From a virus (lineage: Duplodnaviria; Heunggongvirae; Uroviricota; Caudoviricetes), in IMG/VR virus record IMGVR_UViG_2693429713_000009: 64,000 nt of DNA; one strand, given 5' to 3'. A program made the position numbers and the translations under genes. The notes below the pieces were generated by a model. That model searched no databases, was not told the DNA's origin, and worked only from the letters and a program-made list of their open reading frames with translations. Shown here in pieces: positions 37,835-48,176 of this stretch (positions are counted from its first letter, which is position 1; each line of letters starts with the position of its first letter).

Positions 37835-38359
37835 TTATTGGCTATGGCTAAAAATCAAATGAGACACTTCATGTGGTTGTAGCTCGTCAAGATCCGGGGC
37901 CACAAAACCTTTTCCGAAAGACTTCACAAGTAATTCACCAGCCGCATCATTGTCACCTATTACACGAAAGTCATACGGCAGCATCGCAAGTTGACGGCGT
38001 AATCCTGCGGAGAAAGTCGAACCTAACAGCGCCCACGAATTGCCGCCCGCGTTGTGTACAGCTGCGCTCTTAAAAATAGACTCAGTTATCCATATTGGGC
38101 CATCTTTTAAAGGAAGATAGGTTCCCCAAAGTAACTGTCTGCCGTGTGATCGCGTGAAATACCGGGCCATCTTCGGATTGCTATGCTGCTTAGGTGCACC
38201 TGGTCTATATGTCTGATACCCAGCCAACATCCCATCAAACCTGTAGAGAGGGAATGTAACTACTCCTTCGCTTTCATCGATCCACTGTCTATATGGGTGT
38301 ATATCATGGCGGTAGTTGCGAGTTAGCAAATGAGCTTCCAGCTTTCCAAATTTTGTCAT
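37835..38359 (-). CDS. hypothetical protein
   Basis: 183 aa in track; probable start at internal Met giving ATGA overlap with upstream gene. Confidence 0.4.
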   Translation of the reverse strand: MTKFGKLEAHLLTRNYRHDIHPYRQWIDESEGVVTFPLYRFDGMLAGYQTYRPGAPKQHSNPKMARYFTRSHGRQLLWGTYLPLKDGPIWITESIFKSAAVHNAGGNSWALLGSTFSAGLRRQLAMLPYDFRVIGDNDAAGELLVKSFGKGFVAPDLDELQPHEVSHLIFSHSQ

Positions 38360-38661
38360 ATTCCGTTCTTCCTGCATACTGGGCATGTGTTCTCTGTGAA
38401 ATATGGGAAACTATTATCCAGCTCATCTACCCACTGTTTATGGTCGAAGCAGAAAAATATCTCCCACGGCATTCCATATTCTTCCATCCATAGGCGGATC
38501 TGCATTTCTATTGGAATCGGCGGTATTGCAGACACCATATCAACAGGATAACAGTTCAGACGACGTTCCAGTTCTTCTACTCTCTTCTGGAGATGAAATA
38601 TCCGATCCAGATGCACACGCCGCTCCCGTGCCATTTTAAAATAAAGCTCGCCGGTCATCAT
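38356..38661 (-). CDS. hypothetical Cys-motif protein (paralog pair member)
   Basis: 101 aa; C-terminal W..F.C.DH..W.DELD.SFPYF...CP.CR shared with next gene. Confidence 0.4.
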   Translation of the reverse strand: MMTGELYFKMARERRVHLDRIFHLQKRVEELERRLNCYPVDMVSAIPPIPIEMQIRLWMEEYGMPWEIFFCFDHKQWVDELDNSFPYFTENTCPVCRKNGI

Positions 38662-38957
38662 TAACGCCTACATTCAGGGCAAGAGTTCCCTTCTGCAAAA
38701 TAGGGGAAACTGCTATCAAGCTCATCACACCATCCGCGATGGTCGTAGCACCAAAACGCCTCCCACGGCGCACGGAAATACTTCATCCACCAGGACACTC
38801 GATCTGGTATATCTGCTGGTGGCAGCTCTTCTGGCAATAATTTGCCTGATAATTCCCTTTCCGCCCGTGCCAGCATTCCTTTTAGACTCGCGTTTTCTTT
38901 TTCAAGAATCTCTACGCGAGCCTGTAACTCAGCTTTCGTTGGCATGGCCCGCCTCAT
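38661..38957 (-). CDS. hypothetical Cys-motif protein (paralog pair member)
   Basis: Shares C-terminal motif with 38356-38661; start trimmed to internal Met. Confidence 0.4.
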   Translation of the reverse strand: MRRAMPTKAELQARVEILEKENASLKGMLARAERELSGKLLPEELPPADIPDRVSWWMKYFRAPWEAFWCYDHRGWCDELDSSFPYFAEGNSCPECRR

Positions 38958-39693
38958 GTTTATCAGCCACCAGCGGCAATAAAGCCTTAGCCATTTCATG
39001 AACCAACATGGCATCAATAACGCCTAGCGTATGGCCTGGCTTAATCTTTAATGCGGCCTCAAGATAGCCTCTTTCCAGAGTGGTTTTTACGCTTTTCCTG
39101 GGCGCTTGTTGGGAACTATCCGGAAGAACCGGATGGTTCCCAGCCTCATAGGCTACCCGCAACCAGTGCATGAATGTTTCCGCAGACACACAGCCGCAGT
39201 CCACATCGATTTCCCCGCGTTGCTGCTCCAGCCATTGCTCAAAATCTAACTTGTAAGCCTTACTTTCAGGTTCATCACCATTGAACTCGACTTTCTGCGA
39301 CGCTATGAGAGCGGCTTCGTACTGTTCGCGAGTGACAACCGATGTAAACGCACTGCGATCAAGGTCACTGATATCGCAAATAATGCCATCAATGGAATAA
39401 TTCTTTGATGATTGGTAATTTTTATGGTGCGTACCAAAAAGAACCATAGCGCGACTACTACCTGGCATCGTAATGGATAGATGGCAAAAATCTTTTCCAT
39501 CAGGCCATCCACGCCCCTTAGATAATTCCTTCACTAACAAGTCAATCAGTGTCATAGCGTTACCATCCTTGCAAGGCGCTAAAGCTATTTTGGCAAGCTC
39601 CAATACTTCATCTGCTGCGTATCCAGCACTGTGACCATACATTTCGATGCTGGTGATAATCTCTGATATGCGTTTTTTAGTGATTCTTGTCAT
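38929..39693 (-). CDS. hypothetical protein
   Basis: About 254 aa. Confidence 0.4.
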   Translation of the reverse strand: MTRITKKRISEIITSIEMYGHSAGYAADEVLELAKIALAPCKDGNAMTLIDLLVKELSKGRGWPDGKDFCHLSITMPGSSRAMVLFGTHHKNYQSSKNYSIDGIICDISDLDRSAFTSVVTREQYEAALIASQKVEFNGDEPESKAYKLDFEQWLEQQRGEIDVDCGCVSAETFMHWLRVAYEAGNHPVLPDSSQQAPRKSVKTTLERGYLEAALKIKPGHTLGVIDAMLVHEMAKALLPLVADKHEAGHANES

Positions 39694-39899
39694 AGTTTTA
39701 TTTCCTTGCATGGTTCGCCTTTACGGCAAACAGCTACACGGTCATTTCTTACATTAACCACAGTCACCGTTCCGTCATCGCATTGAATAACGATGAAAGG
39801 GTGTTCATTCTCTTTTGTGCAATGTTGCTGTTCTCCAGCCATTGCAGCCGGAGGAGCAAATAGCGCCAGAACAAATGCCAGCCTTAAAAAATGCTTCAT
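39690..39899 (-). CDS. small exported protein
   Basis: 69 aa with signal peptide MKHFLRLAFVLALFAPPAAMA. Confidence 0.45.
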   Translation of the reverse strand: MKHFLRLAFVLALFAPPAAMAGEQQHCTKENEHPFIVIQCDDGTVTVVNVRNDRVAVCRKGEPCKEIKL

Positions 39900-39984
39900 T
39901 TGGCCTTATCCGTTATCAAAATTGGAATATCCGTTATCACGAGAGTGATATCCGTTATGAAGTGGGGAATAAGACCACTTATCA

Positions 39985-40158
39985 ATACCCTCCGCCTGAC
40001 TCAAAGTTGGCGATAAGCCAGGCTGCGAAAAGAGTAACCCCACTCCAAAAACCACACCCCACCGTACCCCATTTAACACCACCAGCTAATAAAACAAATA
40101 AACCGCAAAGGCATACAAACAAAAAAGTAATCCAAAATTTCTTTCTGTTTTTCATTAT
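39985..40158 (-). CDS. small membrane protein (not in ORF track)
   Basis: 57 aa MKNRKKFWITFLFVCLCGLFVLLAGGVKWG..., two hydrophobic segments, ATGA overlap with upstream gene. Confidence 0.4.
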
Positions 40159-40448
40159 GGTTGACTCCAGTTATCTTCAATAGCAATGCTCAATCTTTGT
40201 AACCATTCTGCTAATTTCAGCATTGCTTCTCTTTCGCTTAAACCACGCGGAAAATCATCAAGCGCTATTGTTGGCTTGAAGTTCCCAAAATTATCCATTT
40301 CAACGGTCAGATTTTGCTCCAGCACGGTATTTCTTACGCGACTATTGTGCCGAAGCAAATATACTGAACGTGATTTATTGGTTTTGTGGTCGAACGTATA
40401 TTCGGTAAGTATCATCTGACTTCCGCCATGATTATTACCGCGCCACAT
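40155..40448 (-). CDS. hypothetical protein
   Basis: 97 aa. Confidence 0.4.
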   Translation of the reverse strand: MWRGNNHGGSQMILTEYTFDHKTNKSRSVYLLRHNSRVRNTVLEQNLTVEMDNFGNFKPTIALDDFPRGLSEREAMLKLAEWLQRLSIAIEDNWSQP

Positions 40449-40471
40449 AATTACTCCGTGTTAATTGAAAT

Positions 40472-40774
40472 TTAGCTATTAATCTTCACTTTTATCGCGA
40501 ACACCTTTACCGGTTTATCACCGAAGTGTGGATGTGTGATTGTTTTTATTTCATATCCGTTATACGGGACGTCAATTCTGCGACTGAAGTCGTCGCGCTT
40601 CGGATATCCCTTTGTGATAATCAGGCGGTCATATTCCCGGAACATGATTCGCTTATTCCAGTAGTCATTACACAGGCGATACTCTTCCGTTTTATCTCCG
40701 CGAATCATGGCATCGAAGTATTCACCTTTGACGGCAAGTTGCAGGTTAGCCATTACCGCTCCTCCAGTCTCCAT
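40472..40774 (-). CDS. hypothetical protein
   Basis: About 95 aa; start probably internal Met. Confidence 0.4.
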   Translation of the reverse strand: METGGAVMANLQLAVKGEYFDAMIRGDKTEEYRLCNDYWNKRIMFREYDRLIITKGYPKRDDFSRRIDVPYNGYEIKTITHPHFGDKPVKVFAIKVKINS

Positions 40775-41013
40775 ACTGCCTGACCAATCCGGCTGGCATG
40801 TTTATCTTTAGATACTGTTCCGTCTTTAGCAATCTCCATAAGAATTTTGCGCAAATCTGCCGAACGCCATTCTTCATCAGGAAATTCCTTCTCCATTGCC
40901 AACCGCAGATTCCAGGTTGCTATCGTGAATGGATATTCCCCGCCGAGAGCTTTCTCTTGCAGGGCAGCACGGGAACGTATCACCTGCAATACCTTCTCTT
41001 TTACATCCATCAT
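40753..41013 (-). CDS. hypothetical protein
   Basis: 86 aa. Confidence 0.4.
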   Translation of the reverse strand: MMDVKEKVLQVIRSRAALQEKALGGEYPFTIATWNLRLAMEKEFPDEEWRSADLRKILMEIAKDGTVSKDKHASRIGQAVWRLEER

Positions 41014-41477
41014 TTTGTCTCCTGCGGCGGTTCTGGTAGCGGCATCCAGTGAGTTGCTTGCTCAATACCATTACCCGGCTTAATCGTTGCATCTCCGCGC
41101 CGAAAGGTGCTTCCGGTATAGCGTGCGGAGCATATTAGCGGTTCAACCAGAGAGCTATCGAAATTCACCGAAATAAGCACGTTCTGGCCCTTTTCAGGCA
41201 TTCGCTCACTACAGCTTATCCAACCATCCGGAGTTACCGAAACTGGCGACGCGGCATATAGTGGTTTAGGCGATATCTCCGCGCGTTTTGCGTATGCTTC
41301 AACTGTGTCAGGGTTAAACAGGATTATGTTTTCACCGCATTCCCACGCTATCGGTTCTGCTTCCAGCGAGGCTAACGCTATTTCATAAGCACGGCGCTCA
41401 ATATTGTCTCTCACGTCCAGGCTACCTATGCGCTCTTTGATTTCTTTAATCAGTTCTTTGTCGGTGAAAGTTGTCAT
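41010..41477 (-). CDS. hypothetical protein
   Basis: 155 aa. Confidence 0.4.
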   Translation of the reverse strand: MTTFTDKELIKEIKERIGSLDVRDNIERRAYEIALASLEAEPIAWECGENIILFNPDTVEAYAKRAEISPKPLYAASPVSVTPDGWISCSERMPEKGQNVLISVNFDSSLVEPLICSARYTGSTFRRGDATIKPGNGIEQATHWMPLPEPPQETK

Positions 41478-41480
41478 GTG

Positions 41481-41789
41481 TTAGTCCTCATCCACTTCAA
41501 CGCCATCTTTCAGCGTGATGCCGTGCCAATCATCAGCCCAACTGGTTAGCCCTGGCGCATCAATGCTAGGCATATAAACGCTTGCAGTGTGGTAGCCCTT
41601 ATCGTTATCAATGCTGGCAACGTGCTCGCCGTTGTATGCGCTCAGCGTGTCCAGGACGCTATAAAACTTTCCTCCGGCTGCCCTGAAATCCTTTACAGCC
41701 TTCACAAGGCGATTCCACGCTTTTTCCTGTTCTGGCGTCAGGTCGATTAATTCCTGCAAAGTTGCCATATCACTCTCCTTTGATGTCAA
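41481..41789 (-). CDS. hypothetical protein
   Basis: 102 aa. Confidence 0.4.
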   Translation of the reverse strand: MTSKESDMATLQELIDLTPEQEKAWNRLVKAVKDFRAAGGKFYSVLDTLSAYNGEHVASIDNDKGYHTASVYMPSIDAPGLTSWADDWHGITLKDGVEVDED

Positions 41790-42219
41790 TGTTTACAGCT
41801 TGGCAAGCCTCTTTGAGCACCCAGTCAACAGCGTCTTTCCATGCTCCGGTTTCGACTGGCGGATTTTCACGCTTAACCTGTTCATAGAAGCGCACTGCTT
41901 TAACCAGTCCTTCTGATGTCACCGGGACTGGCGGGGCAGTGAATAAGGCCTGAATCTCATAGCTCGGCCTGTCGTTGCAATCCTCTTTTGTCGGTACATA
42001 TTTCCAGTCACCAACCCACGAATCCCCCTGAGAGTCCGTAACACCTTTTTTCACGTAGCGATATCGCCACGCGACTGGCTCTGCTTCCAACGATGCCAGT
42101 GCGATACGAAACACATTGGCAAGCAGACTGCTTGAAGATTGGTTATCGTGCGCCGGGTCGCTCAGGAAACCAGTGATGAATGATTTAATTTCCGCGTTTT
42201 CTCTGGTAATAGTGGTCAT
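41770..42219 (-). CDS. hypothetical protein
   Basis: 149 aa. Confidence 0.4.
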   Translation of the reverse strand: MTTITRENAEIKSFITGFLSDPAHDNQSSSSLLANVFRIALASLEAEPVAWRYRYVKKGVTDSQGDSWVGDWKYVPTKEDCNDRPSYEIQALFTAPPVPVTSEGLVKAVRFYEQVKRENPPVETGAWKDAVDWVLKEACQAVNIDIKGE

Positions 42220-42476
42220 TTATTAATCCTCAAAACTTTATGCCCGGGCGCAAAAGCACGTGTTTTGTCTTTGCTTATTCGCCAGCCATCCTTGCGCGCC
42301 TCTTTTGCACAGCCAGCCCATGACGTACCGATATACTCACCGAAGTCTGGCGTTTGATATTTACCATTTGTACACTGGCGACAATCACAGTAGAGATGCA
42401 TGGTGTAACTTGCAGCGATAGCCACATCACTCTCCTTTAGTACGCAAGTGGTTTTTCCAGCGGTTTTGCGCCGCAC
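42216..42476 (-). CDS. hypothetical Cys-rich protein
   Basis: 86 aa with CDCRQC...C pattern. Confidence 0.35.
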   Translation of the reverse strand: MRRKTAGKTTCVLKESDVAIAASYTMHLYCDCRQCTNGKYQTPDFGEYIGTSWAGCAKEARKDGWRISKDKTRAFAPGHKVLRINK

Positions 42477-42619
42477 TGGGCTTTTTGCAACAACTGTGAC
42501 CCATCACCCCGCAACACCCCGCCAACCTCACTCGTCTGTTACTAATCCTCAACCAGCGCCAGATCCCAACACCGTTTCTGCGAGCTAACAGAATTTTTGC
42601 TTTACGGTTTTTCATCGCT

Positions 42620-43402
42620 TTACTCTTCTTCCTCACGCCCAAGATATGAAAGAGATGTGACTGCTGTTGCATGGAAACCACAAACCTTGCTAAGTGCGCT
42701 TTTAAACTCTTCAAGGTCGGATTGCGATTTGATTCTGAAAGGTGACTGCGCAATCCCGGACATGGTAATGCCACTAACATTGCTCACTGCGTTGTAGTGA
42801 TATACGTGCCTATTAGCTGATTGAGTCACGCGTTCCTGTTGGCTGTTTATATTGGCATCCTGCCCTGTGGTGGTCTTCTCCAACTCTTCGATACGTTCAG
42901 CCATCGCAGCACACTCTTCAAAATTGCTTAATGCTTTCCGCTCCCATTCAGCGCATTGTTTTTTCAGTTCTGCAATGCGCTTCTCTGCGGATTCCAGCGC
43001 CGCAACCAATTCGTCTACAGTTCCGGAAGCTTGCAGTGCGTAATCGGTAATAGCCATCTCATGATCAATTTCAGTACCGTTCTCATTCGTTGAGGTGATA
43101 GCAAAATAATCAGAGTCGATTTCGTTATCAGCTAAGTGGCGTAGCGTATCGGCAACAAGCCGGCCGTTTTCGATTAGCAGCTTCCCTACCGTTAGCGCAA
43201 TATCCTCGTTCTCCTGGTCACGGCGTTTGATGTATTGCTGGTTCCTTTCCCGTTCTTCCAGAAGCGCCAGCACAATATGTGGCGTTATCAAGGACTTAAA
43301 TTCGGCAACAGCTTGCTCGCCTCGCTTGTAATTCTTAATCCCACCTAAATTTTTCGCGTTCTGTGCCGCCTCACGCAGTGCCTGGTAATTAATTTCGCTC
43401 AC
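42620..43402 (-). CDS. Ea22-like coiled-coil protein
   Basis: 260 aa; N-terminus MSEINYQALREAA paralogous to next gene. Confidence 0.4.
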   Translation of the reverse strand: MSEINYQALREAAQNAKNLGGIKNYKRGEQAVAEFKSLITPHIVLALLEERERNQQYIKRRDQENEDIALTVGKLLIENGRLVADTLRHLADNEIDSDYFAITSTNENGTEIDHEMAITDYALQASGTVDELVAALESAEKRIAELKKQCAEWERKALSNFEECAAMAERIEELEKTTTGQDANINSQQERVTQSANRHVYHYNAVSNVSGITMSGIAQSPFRIKSQSDLEEFKSALSKVCGFHATAVTSLSYLGREEEE

Positions 43403-43847
43403 TGGTTGCCTCCTTATTAATCAGTTTATACAGGTGCACCACAGTCACAGAGAGTGCATCCATCGCTCGTTTATCCAGGCGCGGGGCCAGAGCAACCAGT
43501 TCATTTATTGCAATCTGAATACGCTGCTCCGCCGCCAGCGTCGCGCGATTGCTCTCCAGTTCTGCAATTCGGCACATGGCATCAATATTTGTGTCTTCCA
43601 GGCGCTTAATTTCGCCCAGGAGTGCCAGCGCAACTTTTGGTGGGATAGCCGCGATATAACGGGCATTAGCACCAGCATTCCTTTGTCCATCAATGCCAGG
43701 CCAGTCAATAAAGTATCCGCAATGCCTACCTTCAGACGTGCGCGCAGGATAAATGCCGTTATGACCCGGCAAAATATATGCTACCCATTCATCTTGCGTT
43801 GCCTGTTCCGCCGCCTCGCGCAGTTCTTGATAGTTAATTTTGCTCAC
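43389..43847 (-). CDS. Ea22-like protein (paralog)
   Basis: 152 aa; MSKINYQELREAA and LESNRATLAAEQ. Confidence 0.4.
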   Translation of the reverse strand: MSKINYQELREAAEQATQDEWVAYILPGHNGIYPARTSEGRHCGYFIDWPGIDGQRNAGANARYIAAIPPKVALALLGEIKRLEDTNIDAMCRIAELESNRATLAAEQRIQIAINELVALAPRLDKRAMDALSVTVVHLYKLINKEATSERN

Positions 43848-44133
43848 TGGTTGCCTCCGCTTCCCACGTTTTCAGACTTTCACCACAGAATGGGCAAAAT
43901 GAAACTCGAATAGGCGATTTAGAAAATTCACCAGACCGCAGCATGATCAGGTCCTGTGAATGAATTAATTCATGGTTATAGACTTTGTATTTCAGCAGGC
44001 CTTTTCGCGTCGTGTATTCAGCATCCTGCTCCAGAGATTGTGCCAGCGCCGCGCACGGTTCTATTTTTCTGCCATTAATCAAACAAGTGGAGATTCTGCA
44101 CTTTGCAGCTCCGTCACCGTTACCTTGACTCAT
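43834..44133 (-). CDS. hypothetical zinc-ribbon-like protein
   Basis: 99 aa; C..C ... CPFC. Confidence 0.35.
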   Translation of the reverse strand: MSQGNGDGAAKCRISTCLINGRKIEPCAALAQSLEQDAEYTTRKGLLKYKVYNHELIHSQDLIMLRSGEFSKSPIRVSFCPFCGESLKTWEAEATSEQN

Positions 44134-44146
44134 TGCGTTGTTCCCA

Positions 44147-45142
44147 TCAGTTATTGAACGTGATCACTCCGCGCTCGATGGCGAAGTCGAAAAGCTGGTT
44201 AGCGGCTACATAAAGGCGTATGCCATGTGCTTTTTCCCATGCCCGGACATCGTTTTCTGCGCTTCTGGCGCAGTCATCGCAAAGAGGAACAGCCCAGCGG
44301 TCGTGTTCGTTTAACGAGCGGGCACGGTACATGAACGGGTGATTAACCTTGCCACCGCAGCCTACACACGGACGAGACACCACAAACCGGAGATAAGCCT
44401 GGCTTTTTCCGAGTAAGGTTTTTGGACGGCGCATATATAGGAGGCCAGAATCCTCATCGACGGACAGATTGACGATCTGCTCTGCGGAAATATCCACCAG
44501 CTCGCGGGTACTATGCTCCCAGGTAATATCCGACTCTTTCAGAGTGCCGGTAGGGATTTCAGTTTTTGGCTGACAAAATGCAATGCGACCAGCTTCATCA
44601 GGCAGTTCGTCTTTAAGATTCCGGCGAATGGCCCAAAAGGTGAGTTCAACCATGCTCAGATCGCGATCTGGCGGAAGTTTTAACTCGCTGGCAGCCCAGT
44701 TCATAATCCAGTTGGCGCGATTCCGTGACAGTTGGTCTTCCAGCTTGCCGTATCCCTTCATCATGTATTCCGCATCATGCTTCCAGCACAGGCGAACGGC
44801 AGAACCGTTATAGAAATGGGTGGTTAGCTGGTGGCTGCAATCGCGCTTATCATGCGCCTGGCAATCGTGAATGTTGGTGCTAACCCAGTGAACGAGAGAA
44901 TCCTCACCACCTAACGCGTTAAATACGCGCTCACTTTGAAAAAAGGGTGCCAGTGACTGGTTGGCAACCAGTGAATAATTCAGGTCAACGACACCATCAG
45001 GGGTTTTTTCAGCCTGTTCACGCGGTAATGGGGATATAAGAAAACGGCGTCCTGCGCCGATGTAATTGCTGGTGGGCTTATCTACAGGAAAGACAGCCAC
45101 ACCAGTTTCATTTACGACATATGGGGTGATTATTGCACTCAT
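44147..45142 (-). CDS. hypothetical protein, DUF968-like
   Basis: 331 aa; C-terminal Cys cluster CVGCGG...CDDC; family assignment from memory. Confidence 0.35.
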   Translation of the reverse strand: MSAIITPYVVNETGVAVFPVDKPTSNYIGAGRRFLISPLPREQAEKTPDGVVDLNYSLVANQSLAPFFQSERVFNALGGEDSLVHWVSTNIHDCQAHDKRDCSHQLTTHFYNGSAVRLCWKHDAEYMMKGYGKLEDQLSRNRANWIMNWAASELKLPPDRDLSMVELTFWAIRRNLKDELPDEAGRIAFCQPKTEIPTGTLKESDITWEHSTRELVDISAEQIVNLSVDEDSGLLYMRRPKTLLGKSQAYLRFVVSRPCVGCGGKVNHPFMYRARSLNEHDRWAVPLCDDCARSAENDVRAWEKAHGIRLYVAANQLFDFAIERGVITFNN

Positions 45143-45184
45143 AATGCATACCGACTCTGTTTTGTTCCGATCGGTAAAATAATA

Positions 45185-45213
45185 TGTTAGAAAACTAAAA
45201 TCAATGTTCTAAC
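45185..45213. promoter_or_regulatory. paired operator-like motifs TGTTAGAAAA-N11-GTTCTAAC
   Basis: Intergenic between phosphatase gene and downstream gene. Confidence 0.45.
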
Positions 45214-45240
45214 GTGATTTTGAGTGCGTAAATGATTTGA

Positions 45241-45933
45241 TCAGACTTTAAGCTGCCCTCCCTTCACCTGCATTAGCGTCAGATTTCCGCAAAAAACCGC
45301 GCCCGTGTCTATGTAGTGCTGATTCCAGTATGCTTTTGGTCTTCGTACCGGTGTGTGCCCAAAGATAAAGCGATCTGCGCCTGTGATTTCTCCACCAATG
45401 CCATCTATCGAATCACCGACGCGACTGCGCGACCAGACAACATCAAAAAGCGACACATCCTTACCGAACTGGTACTCTCCACCTGGATAGTCGGCATGGG
45501 CTATAACGATAGTTTCATGCCCGGTGTTCAACTCAATGATATAGGGCAGACGTCTTACCAGCTCCACCAGCGCCCTGGCTAATATTTCCTGATCAGCGTC
45601 CAGCATGAAGAACCATTGTCCGCCATTCATTAGCCAGTTATTCACGTTGCCATCAGGACTTAACGCATCGATCATTAATCGCTCGTGGTTTCCCATAACC
45701 GACCGAAACCAGGGCATCTGCAATAGCTCCAGGCATTCAACATTTTCGGTGCCGCGATCGATAAGGTCGCCAACCGATATCAGTAAATCCTGCGCCGGGT
45801 CAAAATCCACACGATGGAGTTCGGACATCAGTCTGGTGTAGCAACCATGCAGATCACCAACAACCCATATGTTTCTGTAGCCAGAACCATCAATACGGCT
45901 ATATAAATTCACTTCATGCATAGCCTGGATCAT
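45241..45933 (-). CDS. ppp: Ser/Thr protein phosphatase (lambda PPase-like)
   Basis: GDLHG, GDLIDRG, GNHE metallophosphatase motifs; start trimmed to internal Met. Confidence 0.8.
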   Translation of the reverse strand: MIQAMHEVNLYSRIDGSGYRNIWVVGDLHGCYTRLMSELHRVDFDPAQDLLISVGDLIDRGTENVECLELLQMPWFRSVMGNHERLMIDALSPDGNVNNWLMNGGQWFFMLDADQEILARALVELVRRLPYIIELNTGHETIVIAHADYPGGEYQFGKDVSLFDVVWSRSRVGDSIDGIGGEITGADRFIFGHTPVRRPKAYWNQHYIDTGAVFCGNLTLMQVKGGQLKV

Positions 45934-46241
45934 GCGGCAACCTTCTCCCGCAGCCAGATACAAACTGGACCATCTTCAGTGTCATGGATAGAGCCAACAA
46001 ACCAGCCTTCACCCTCTGGTCGCTCCGGTTCCCAGGCGGCAATATCGGGTCCAGCTGCGTCCAGATCAAAATCATCTTCATCCATACTGCGAATAGTCCA
46101 CTGAAGATTATTTTCCTTCATCCAGGCGTCAAATTCCTCAGTGGAAATATATTCACGACCTGCGCAAAACTTCTCATACTCCGGATGTGTCCAGCAGCCA
46201 TATTCATCACGTTCTACCGGCATTTCTTTAATGATGCTCAC
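45930..46241 (-). CDS. hypothetical protein
   Basis: 103 aa. Confidence 0.4.
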   Translation of the reverse strand: MSIIKEMPVERDEYGCWTHPEYEKFCAGREYISTEEFDAWMKENNLQWTIRSMDEDDFDLDAAGPDIAAWEPERPEGEGWFVGSIHDTEDGPVCIWLREKVAA

Positions 46242-46462
46242 TCTTCATCCTCCAAGTCGGCAACGGCCTCCATCACATCAGAACCGCGAATAACCTCAAA
46301 AGCACGGCAGGCCATTTCAAACACCTGTTGTTCTTGCGGATGCGGTGACTCCCAATACTTAAAACCAGGTCGATGCTCGTAACCCATCATGGAATAAAAA
46401 TCGCCAGCAAGTTCAATCGCGGCATCAACAAGTTCGCGATTTGTCATCGTCTGTTCTGTCAT
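46238..46462 (-). CDS. hypothetical protein
   Basis: 74 aa. Confidence 0.35.
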   Translation of the reverse strand: MTEQTMTNRELVDAAIELAGDFYSMMGYEHRPGFKYWESPHPQEQQVFEMACRAFEVIRGSDVMEAVADLEDEE

Positions 46463-46734
46463 TTGGTTTTCTCCTGTCTGAACATCACTATCATCAGGTC
46501 GCCTTTTGTCGCTATTCTGGCTGTTGTGCCTGGTTCAATGCGGCTAAGCTCAAATGCGTCATAGAACGCTTCTAATGCCTTCTGGCGTAGTTCCTGTTTG
46601 CGCCGTTTTTTCCACTCTTTTAGGAAAATGGACCCCAGCCATCGCCAGGTACGGGACATGATGTAAAGCCAACCGAAAAGTGCCAGACCGGTATTTAGGG
46701 CCGTATCGATTGTTATCGTGGTGTCGATATTCAC
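46459..46734 (-). CDS. hypothetical membrane-anchored protein
   Basis: 91 aa with hydrophobic N-terminus. Confidence 0.35.
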   Translation of the reverse strand: MNIDTTITIDTALNTGLALFGWLYIMSRTWRWLGSIFLKEWKKRRKQELRQKALEAFYDAFELSRIEPGTTARIATKGDLMIVMFRQEKTK

Positions 46735-46979
46735 TGTGGTGGCTCCTGCTTTTCTGCCTTCAATACCATGCGAGAACCATCATCCAGCTCCCAATTAATT
46801 TCACCGCCTTCTGCCATGACCAGATGCCAGACGAGTTGAGCGGCCTCGTTGGTTACATCACGACCGCGATCATTGCCAACACGACGTTTTGTTCCATCCC
46901 CTAAGTCACGCATTTTTGCCAACACGATGGTTTTTGATAGCGGTGAAAAACCAAGCTGTAGTCGTGCGGTATTACTCAC
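46731..46979 (-). CDS. hypothetical protein
   Basis: 82 aa. Confidence 0.35.
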   Translation of the reverse strand: MSNTARLQLGFSPLSKTIVLAKMRDLGDGTKRRVGNDRGRDVTNEAAQLVWHLVMAEGGEINWELDDGSRMVLKAEKQEPPQ

Positions 46980-47773
46980 TGTTTACCTCCTTTTCGAAGC
47001 TGTTCGGCGATATCTTCGAGAACGCCATCAGAGAATGAACGGTCAAAATCGCCTTCCCGCGCATTAGCCATAAACTCAGTAGAGGTAAGAATCATCCGGG
47101 CAATATCCGCGGCGTTCTTCGCAGTATCATCAATAAAACCAGCTTCCCAAGCAGCCAGCATCCTGTTCGCCACAAAGTAAGCGCCCTCCTTGCGTGCTTC
47201 AGTCTTCACTTCATCCAGGAAAGTGTCGGTCGCAGGAGTGGTTTTTTGTGGTGATAGGGCGATACGAATTGTTTCAAGCGCTGGATCTATTTCCACTGTT
47301 GGCACCTTGATAAAACCAAGCTGCACGCCATTCATAATGAACGTGCGGCGATCCTCACATATCGCCTTCAGTCTCGCATTCTCCGCAGCCAGCGCCGCGC
47401 GATTACCCTCCAGCTCTGCAATGCGCTGTTTTGCGGTATCAAGTTCAATCGATAATTTTTCCAACTGCTCTTTATGCTTCTTGTATTCCTGATATGCGTG
47501 CCAGGACTGACCTTTGCGCACACTATCAGTAATATCAGTAATCTGTTCTGGTGTTAGCGTAGTCAGTGGCTGTGCTGGGAAAATCAGCACTTTCCCGGAA
47601 TCCCAATCAAAACCAGCGTGAATTGACTGAACCTCAACTGAGGGTGTTGAACCAATGCTGCCAGGCGAATGAACAACGATCGTTACATCCATATCGCGAC
47701 GATGGCTGTGGTTGTTGGACAAAATACGATTCACCAACTCAGAAAATTTGGAGAATTTCATGCGGAGCCTCAA
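46976..47773 (-). CDS. Ea22-like protein
   Basis: 265 aa; LEGNRAALAAENARLK and C-terminal block shared with 48177-48665. Confidence 0.4.
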   Translation of the reverse strand: MRLRMKFSKFSELVNRILSNNHSHRRDMDVTIVVHSPGSIGSTPSVEVQSIHAGFDWDSGKVLIFPAQPLTTLTPEQITDITDSVRKGQSWHAYQEYKKHKEQLEKLSIELDTAKQRIAELEGNRAALAAENARLKAICEDRRTFIMNGVQLGFIKVPTVEIDPALETIRIALSPQKTTPATDTFLDEVKTEARKEGAYFVANRMLAAWEAGFIDDTAKNAADIARMILTSTEFMANAREGDFDRSFSDGVLEDIAEQLRKGGKQ

Positions 47774-48171
47774 TATGCAAAATAGACCGTTGCCACGCCG
47801 TTATAGTGATCAAACGATACGGCGTTTACTTCATAGCTGGCAGGGAGCTTCGAGCCGAGAACATATCCGGGCCACGTTTTCCATGGAATTTCTCTACTCT
47901 CACTATCCCCATATACCGTACATCCAAGTGAACCTACAGCCTCGTCAGAACGTTTGCCGCATGTTATGAAACCTATATTTTTCTTGCCGGTCTTAATGGC
48001 GATTGGGTGAACACTGGCTGATGCATTGGCAGCACGCTGTGACTGTTGGTTTGCGATATTCGCAGAGTTCGCAGCAGCTACAGCAGCCGTGGTCGCGGCG
48101 GTAGATGCCACAATAACTGCTGAAGCCTGCGCCTGTTGGGTAATGGTCAGCAATGCCGCCACAAAAATCAT
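47770..48171 (-). CDS. exported protein with signal peptide
   Basis: MIFVAALLTITQQAQA signal-like N-terminus after trimming start. Confidence 0.4.
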   Translation of the reverse strand: MIFVAALLTITQQAQASAVIVASTAATTAAVAAANSANIANQQSQRAANASASVHPIAIKTGKKNIGFITCGKRSDEAVGSLGCTVYGDSESREIPWKTWPGYVLGSKLPASYEVNAVSFDHYNGVATVYFAY

Positions 48172-48176
48172 CCTCT

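Noticed and set aside
39815-40183. Plus-strand 122-aa ORF in the leftward operon
   Set aside because: Low-complexity Pro/Thr-rich product antisense to an operon; a minus-strand small membrane ORF with translational coupling explains the region better
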